Shown piece by piece: positions 19,671 to 25,683 of a stretch of 25,683 bases of DNA. How positions within the stretch are numbered: the stretch's first letter is position 1; the number at the start of each line of letters is the position of its first letter. This stretch comes from a virus. Lineage: Duplodnaviria; Heunggongvirae; Uroviricota; Caudoviricetes. Where the stretch lies: the IMG/VR virus record IMGVR_UViG_2579778797_000017. One strand, given 5' to 3'. The notes under the pieces are model-generated. The model was not told the DNA's origin. It saw only the letters and a program-made list of their open reading frames with translations, and did not search any database. The translations under genes were made by a program, and so were the position numbers.

Positions 19671-21629
19671 TTACGCCGTACATTTCACCAGACCGCGGTG
19701 ATCAACTGGCGCGACACCGGCGTCAATACGCACTTTCGTTGTCACGCCATCCACACTGAAGCCCTCCATCTGATCAATATATGGCGTATCCACACCGTTG
19801 AGATAAGCCACTTCAATCGTATCGGAGCCTTTTGACGCAGCCAGGTAGAAGGTGGTCTGGCTGTTATCATCAAGACGAGGCTCTGCAATAACGGTCGCAA
19901 AATCTTTCACCGGGTTAATAATACCGGCGTTAATGTCAGCCCCCTTGACACTTGAGGAGCGAATGACCTGGTTAGCAACAGACTCCATCGCCGTCGGTAC
20001 CAGTACGAACGCAGGACGAATATTCAGATGACGCTCCCCCTCTTTCTGAACGCGCATCAACTGGCGGGCTTTATCCAGCGATGCCACGTCCATTGCAGCG
20101 CTCTCCAGTACGTTTGCATGTTTCGCTTTATCGAACAGACTTACATTATCTGTGGAGATTTTCGGGTTAGACGTCAGAATGGCATAAACCAGATCGGCAA
20201 TAGTGGATTTCGCCGCACGGCCCAGTTTCATCGGGACATCGGTCAGCATATTCAGATCATCATTGATAATGGCCTGACGGGTGATACTGAACAGCTCGCC
20301 ATAGGTCGCCAGTGCAATAGTGGCCTGTTTATCTCCGGTGGTGACGTATTTATATTCCGCCCCTTCACGCACCTGACGCAGAGCACTGAAGCCCCCCATA
20401 CCCACACGATGGGCAATTTTAAAATCAGACAACTGACCTTTCCGCGTCCACTGTTCATAGGTTTCAGGGGCATCTTCCCAGCCCTGCAGAATGGCTTTGT
20501 TCGCAACATCCAGCAGAATATTACCGAAGTCAGACGTACTGTGTGTGAACGCCGCACCGACCATCTGCATCGGGTTATAACCGGAAACCCCAATACCCCG
20601 TTCAGTTAGTGACATACGGGCATATTCACGCAGGGTCATCCCGTTGTAGACATTATCACGTTCGGTTTTTTCAAATCCGGCACGCGCCATCAGCGCCTGG
20701 CGAATCCCGTCCCCCACAAAATTACCGTTACCGGCATAAATATGAGCCGGGGTATTTTTATTGGATGGCGTGGACTCGCGCCCCATCTCGTTCAACAGCT
20801 TTTCACGGGCCTGCTCCAGCGAACATTCAGGATCGGCAAGACACTGGGCCTGCAGCGTCTGATAACGCCCGCCAAACATGGCAAACAGATCATTAATACC
20901 GTTTACACGCGCTTTTTGCTCTGCCAGTACCTGCGCACGGATACTGTTTTCATCCACCACGGGTGCTGCTGCCTGCACTGGCGTCCGGGAGGCTGCAGGT
21001 TCATCATCCTGTACGCGTGGAGCACTGTTGCGTGGCGGAGTAATCATGTTTCGAATGGATTCCGGCATCTTTTTAAATTCCTCTGTACGTTTTGACTGAA
21101 TACATGCCATTGCCTTAACGGCTGGTGTCACCTGATCAGCAAATCCCTGTGCCAGACATTCGGCACCGGACATCCAGGTCTCATCCGCCAGCATGGCAGC
21201 AATTTCATCGGTGGTTTTCCCGGTTTTCTGTGCATAAGCGGGTAACAGAACCGCCTCAACTTTATCGAGCAGGTCGGCATAGGTGCGCATGTCCTCCGCA
21301 TCACCGCCCGTAAAGCCAAATGGTTTATGAATCATCATGAAGGAGTTTTCCGGCATAATGACCGGGTTTCCCACCATCGCAATGACCGACGCCATTGACG
21401 CCGCCACACCGTCGACATAAACGGTAATGGACGCACCATGTGTTTTCAGTGCATTAAAAATGGCGATGCCTTCAAAGACATCGCCACCCGGTGAATTAAT
21501 ATGGAGATTAATGTGGGTGATATCGCCCAGTGCATTCAGATCACTGATAAACTGCTTCGCTGTAACACCCCAGAAACCAATCTCGTCATAAATATAAATA
21601 TCCGCGTCACTCTGGTGACCTGCCTGCAT
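19671..21629 (-). CDS. Fused prohead protease (ClpP-like) - scaffold-like linker - major capsid protein (HK97 fold), about 652 aa
   Basis: Continuous ORF (track 19671..21890, 739 aa). The N-terminal part has ClpP-type motifs INSPGG, catalytic Ser in GVAASMASV and His in MIHKP; the middle is a charged, helical Q/E/R-rich stretch; the C-terminal roughly 320 aa look like a major capsid domain. Start moved to the ATG at 21629 (MQAGHQSDADIYIYDEIG), 13 nt after the portal stop; the track start would overlap the portal by about 250 nt. Confidence 0.8.
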   Translation of the reverse strand: MQAGHQSDADIYIYDEIGFWGVTAKQFISDLNALGDITHINLHINSPGGDVFEGIAIFNALKTHGASITVYVDGVAASMASVIAMVGNPVIMPENSFMMIHKPFGFTGGDAEDMRTYADLLDKVEAVLLPAYAQKTGKTTDEIAAMLADETWMSGAECLAQGFADQVTPAVKAMACIQSKRTEEFKKMPESIRNMITPPRNSAPRVQDDEPAASRTPVQAAAPVVDENSIRAQVLAEQKARVNGINDLFAMFGGRYQTLQAQCLADPECSLEQAREKLLNEMGRESTPSNKNTPAHIYAGNGNFVGDGIRQALMARAGFEKTERDNVYNGMTLREYARMSLTERGIGVSGYNPMQMVGAAFTHSTSDFGNILLDVANKAILQGWEDAPETYEQWTRKGQLSDFKIAHRVGMGGFSALRQVREGAEYKYVTTGDKQATIALATYGELFSITRQAIINDDLNMLTDVPMKLGRAAKSTIADLVYAILTSNPKISTDNVSLFDKAKHANVLESAAMDVASLDKARQLMRVQKEGERHLNIRPAFVLVPTAMESVANQVIRSSSVKGADINAGIINPVKDFATVIAEPRLDDNSQTTFYLAASKGSDTIEVAYLNGVDTPYIDQMEGFSVDGVTTKVRIDAGVAPVDHRGLVKCTA

Positions 21630-21642
21630 CCTGAACCAGGAA

Positions 21643-23151
21643 TTATTCTTCGGACTGGTCGTCGGTGTGCTGCGGCTCCTGTCGTTTCGTTGCGGCACTG
21701 CTGCCTCCTTTATCACTGGCCGGATCGGTATCAAATACCAGATCCAGCTTGCGGTTTTCATCAATTTCGGCCTTGCGCCGACGTTTGACATCATCCGGAT
21801 TACGACCACCTGCACGTACCCAGTCTGATTCTGTCGCCGCTCCACCACGAATCTGAATTTTCCAGGCCTCAGCCTCCTTAACAGGGTCAATCCACGGCAT
21901 CACCGGTCCGGAATACACCGCGGTATACAGTGAAGAACGATCAAGATCGCGGGGTAGCCTGATAACACCGGATGCCACAGCCTGTTTCAGCCAGGCACGA
22001 TACATCGGGCGGGTGACGGCACCAATAAACCAGTCCTGCAGGATCAGGTAGCCATCAGTGGATTCAACCAGCTCCTGACGCTGGGCGCTGTAAGTGCCGT
22101 TATAGTTGCGTGCCGTACTGGAAAAACTCAGACGACTGCCCGCCGCCACGGCACGCAACTGACCATTACGAAAAGTTTCAAGGTTAGGATTGGGACGATC
22201 CGACTTCACCATTCCGATTTCTTCGCCGGGTTTCAGATCGTCGTAAATAATGCCTGGCTGAATGGTAAGCTCGCGTTCATTCTCCTTGCTGCCATTACCA
22301 TCCGGTTCATAGCTCTGCCCGTCGCCTTTCCGGATGTACATCCCCAGAGCAGCGGCGATCCTTGCTGCAGTCAGCTCAGAATCTTCATACTCTTTCAGGG
22401 CACTGAGGCGGATCAGCACACCGGACAACAAAGACGTCCCGCGCATCTGGTGCAGACGGCGAACAAATTTAAGATGCAGCATTCGCTCTGCATCCACTTC
22501 TTTGGTTTCCATCTGCCGCCCGGATACGGGACGGCTTTTATACACCAGATATTTTTCGGGACGCCCCCAGTCATCAACAAACACGCCCTGATTCAGCCTG
22601 TTGCTCTCATCACTGGTCATGGGAATAAAGTCCGGCTCGAGCGCCTCCAGCCAGAAATGAACACCGGCAGAAGGCGTCAGGCTGTTTATGCGCCCGGAAA
22701 CCATCTGGGCAAACACCTCACCATCGCGCAGCCAGGTACGCAGCATCAGACGTTCCAGCATCGGACGGGTAAACTGCCCGGTGACTTCCGGACTGACAGA
22801 CCATTCACTCCATCGGGTGCGTATCTCCGCTGCCAGATCACGGGCAATGGCCCCATTGCGTAATACCGGATGTGGCTCGACAATAATCCCGTTTTTCCCC
22901 ACCACCCGTTCTTCCAGCTTGTCAAATACACCAATAACCAGATCGTGGTTGTTATCAAGGTAACGGGCCTGCTCACGTAACGACACGGCCCCGTACTGGC
23001 TTAACTGGTCGGCAGTTCGGTTTTCCCGCCGGGCTTTGTGTGTCCGTGTCGTTTTTACGGCCTCATAAGCCTGGATCACCGCACGGGAACGCAGCCTTGC
23101 CGCTTTCCATCCTGGTGAAAAAACGCCAATCACATCATCAAGAATTGCCAT
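21643..23151 (-). CDS. Portal protein (lambda gpB-like family)
   Basis: Track ORF 21643..23223; the ATG at 23151 (MAILDDVIGVFSPGWKAARLR...) is preceded by GAGGG and shares one nucleotide with the W stop, giving 502 aa. Acidic C-terminal tail. Sits between W and the protease/capsid gene. Confidence 0.85.
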   Translation of the reverse strand: MAILDDVIGVFSPGWKAARLRSRAVIQAYEAVKTTRTHKARRENRTADQLSQYGAVSLREQARYLDNNHDLVIGVFDKLEERVVGKNGIIVEPHPVLRNGAIARDLAAEIRTRWSEWSVSPEVTGQFTRPMLERLMLRTWLRDGEVFAQMVSGRINSLTPSAGVHFWLEALEPDFIPMTSDESNRLNQGVFVDDWGRPEKYLVYKSRPVSGRQMETKEVDAERMLHLKFVRRLHQMRGTSLLSGVLIRLSALKEYEDSELTAARIAAALGMYIRKGDGQSYEPDGNGSKENERELTIQPGIIYDDLKPGEEIGMVKSDRPNPNLETFRNGQLRAVAAGSRLSFSSTARNYNGTYSAQRQELVESTDGYLILQDWFIGAVTRPMYRAWLKQAVASGVIRLPRDLDRSSLYTAVYSGPVMPWIDPVKEAEAWKIQIRGGAATESDWVRAGGRNPDDVKRRRKAEIDENRKLDLVFDTDPASDKGGSSAATKRQEPQHTDDQSEE

Positions 23152-23363
23152 CAGACCCTCGCCAGCCGGTACCCGGGATGCCCCCGTCGTCGTGTAATCA
23201 GAGCCGCAAGGCGGCGCTCCCACTCCTGCCGTCCCTGCCGGATCTCAGATAAGTTTTCCATGGTCATCTGCTGACCATTAAAAGTGACGGATTTTCCGTC
23301 CAGCACCGCCATTTCAGCTTCCGTATAACGCTGAATCATGGCTTCGATATCATTCTGGTTCAT
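23151..23363 (-). CDS. W: Head-tail joining protein W-like (gpW family), 70 aa
   Basis: Track ORF starts at 23369; the ATG at 23363 is preceded by GGAGG at 6-nt spacing and overlaps the terminase stop as ATGA. Small size and position between terminase and portal match lambda gpW; C-terminal RRRGHPGY resembles the lambda W C-terminus RRRGPAGF as recalled. Confidence 0.75.
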   Translation of the reverse strand: MNQNDIEAMIQRYTEAEMAVLDGKSVTFNGQQMTMENLSEIRQGRQEWERRLAALITRRRGHPGYRLARV

Positions 23364-25168
23364 AACCATCCTCCGGAAGTCAGCCAGGGGTTAACATCGT
23401 CAGTTACTGTTTTCTTCCGTTTTTGTTTTTTAACAGGCGTGGATACCGGTTCCGGTGAGGATGACGGTTCAGTACTGTCCTGGACACACTCCAGCCAGGT
23501 TTCCCGGCTCGCCCACTCCGGTGCATCCGGCCAGCGGATCTTTTCGTATCCATGCAGAATGACCAGAGCCTCGGCATACACCATCAGGTCAAAAGCTTCG
23601 TTGGCACCGCGACCCGGCTTACTCCATTTCCCGTCACTGCTCCGCTCTTCATACGTCAGTTCGTCGTAAAACCAGCTCCCCAGCCAGTCAGGGAAATGCA
23701 CATAGCCTGGACCTGGCGAGTCACGCCATAACGCGTTATTCACCCGGTCTTTCAGGGCATCCGTCTGAAGAAGCCAGAGCGGCACATCACCTGCGGCCTG
23801 CGCCCGGCGGCCCGTTCGTCCGGTGTTATCAGGGAATGTACGGCTGATCAGTTTTGCGCGCCGGATGCTGTCACCCTTAAACAGGTAAATACGTTTACCA
23901 AGGCCATCACGACGGCAACGACGCCAGAATTTATAGGCATTATCAGTGACCCCGTCTTCACCGCCGGAGTCCACCGCCATTGCCATCAGTCGCATTTGTT
24001 GAGAAGGATCGGAGGCCAGCGGCCAGCTTTTATGAAAAACATCCGTCAGCAGGACATCCCAGTCTTCCGGATAGCTGGCCGGATCAATTCGCTGGCTCTC
24101 CCCGTCGCAGTCACTGCGCAATGACTGCGTGATGTTGTAACGATCAATAATCCAGCGTTCGCCACGACTGCCATAGCCCGTTACCTGAACCACAAAACGG
24201 CGATGACGTCCCGCCTGCACATCCACTGTCGCCACAAGGAAATTAATGCCATCCGGCACACTGCGGGAAGGAACTGGCTCTGCCCGCTGCTCAAGCAGTT
24301 CACTTTTTCGTTGCTCCATGCTGGCACGAGGAAGATAAGGCAATCCCCAGTCGGTGTTGATAACCGCCCTGAGTGTTTCTTCGCTTCCTGTCGCTTCATA
24401 CTCCTGTTCTGCAGTCAGTAATTTGTAAACCAGTTGCGCCCAGGTCTGATACGCAGCAGCTGGCCCTTCCATCCAGAAACTGGCGATACGGGAGCGGCGC
24501 GGTTCACCGGAAACGTTGCCGTTACGATCAATGACCTGACCTTCACGCAACCAGACTCCTGCACTATTGAGCTCACGCTTTTTCTCCGCAGTGATAATGC
24601 CGCTGCAGTGCGGGCAAAGTAGATACGCCGCCTCACTGGCTTTAAAGGGATCCGGTTCATTACGGTAGCCGGTCATGGCATCCATGGCTGGCTGAAAATA
24701 TTCACCGCAGTGCGGACATGACCAGTACCAGCGGCGGCGGTCACCACGATTGTAAAGGGAAAGAATACCAGTCGTCGGTGGCGCTTCATGAGGCGACTTA
24801 CGTCGCCATTTGCTGTCGCAGATGTCACGTCCCGGCGAGCTCTCCACCAGAGTCATCCCGGCGGACATAAATGTGGTGGTACGTTTTGAGGCCAGGGAGA
24901 AACCATCACCCTCGCTGTCGATATTCTCCGGAAAACGGTCGTAATCGGTTAAGGCGACAAACCGGTAATCCGACGACGACATAATGTTGACCGAGGGCCA
25001 ACCAATTTTAAGGAACGAGCCATCCCTGAACGTCTTATCATGGACATTATTGTCGTTACGACGTGGACTCATTCTTTTCTTTACCGCCGCACTGCTTCTG
25101 AACGTTCTGTCGAGGCGCTTTTTAGAATGCTCGCGGGCCTTATCTTCGGTCATCTGCACAACGAGCAT
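23360..25168 (-). pseudogene. A: Terminase large subunit (lambda gpA-like), 5'-truncated; N-terminal ATPase P-loop region missing
   Basis: 602-aa ORF. Cys/His cluster WYWSCPHCGEYF...LLCPHCSG resembles the lambda gpA region FHVACPHCGEE...YLCEHNAC as recalled, with a nuclease-domain-like C-terminus. No Walker A / P-loop anywhere in the ORF; the ORF begins 27 bp from the terminus of an IS3-family element, about 100 residues short of a full gpA by my alignment. Confidence 0.7.
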
Positions 25169-25194
25169 GTCCGAAGGATCGCAAACGATGGTAT

Positions 25195-25683
<489 letters not shown>

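Noticed and set aside
20028-21856. Plus-strand ORFs (e.g. 20028..20609, 20742..21095) overlapping the protease/capsid gene
   Set aside because: Antisense to a continuous ORF with clear ClpP catalytic motifs; low-complexity translations; judged spurious.
21643-21890. N-terminal 87-aa extension of the protease/capsid ORF overlapping the portal gene
   Set aside because: It would overlap the portal 3' end by about 250 nt in another frame; the ATG at 21629 just after the portal stop starts directly before the protease motifs.

Overview
This window is the late (virion structural) arm and right end of a lambda-like, Qin-type prophage, sitting next to a truncated host transporter gene (ydfJ-like) in an E. 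coli-like enterobacterial chromosome. All structural genes are on the minus strand in lambda order, read from high to low coordinates: IS3-family element (partial, runs off the window end) | 5'-truncated terminase large subunit | W-like head-tail joining protein | portal | a single ORF fusing ClpP-like prohead protease, scaffold-like linker and major capsid protein | small head-decoration-like protein | 91-aa head/tail adaptor candidate | Z | U | V | G and G-T (-1 frameshift) | tape measure H | M | L | K | I | J | lom | stf | tfa. On the plus strand follow a PinQ/PinR-type serine recombinase and a ydfK/ynaE-type cold-shock gene, then the host MFS transporter on the minus strand. The tail half is very close to phage lambda at protein level; the head half is not lambda-like. 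CDS coordinates include the stop codon. The supplied ORF track counts GTG/TTG as starts, so several starts were moved to the ATG supported by a Shine-Dalgarno (SD) motif and lambda homology. I found no tRNA, rRNA, CRISPR array, reverse transcriptase or recognisable multi-gene defence system, and I do not see a convincing previously undescribed system here. The most checkable observations are the IS-truncated terminase (a probably defective prophage), a variant G-T frameshift heptamer, intrinsic terminators punctuating the late operon, a small hydrophobic ORF upstream of ydfK, and an apparently orphan recombinase. Protein lengths and sequences quoted for lambda are from memory, not from a database search.
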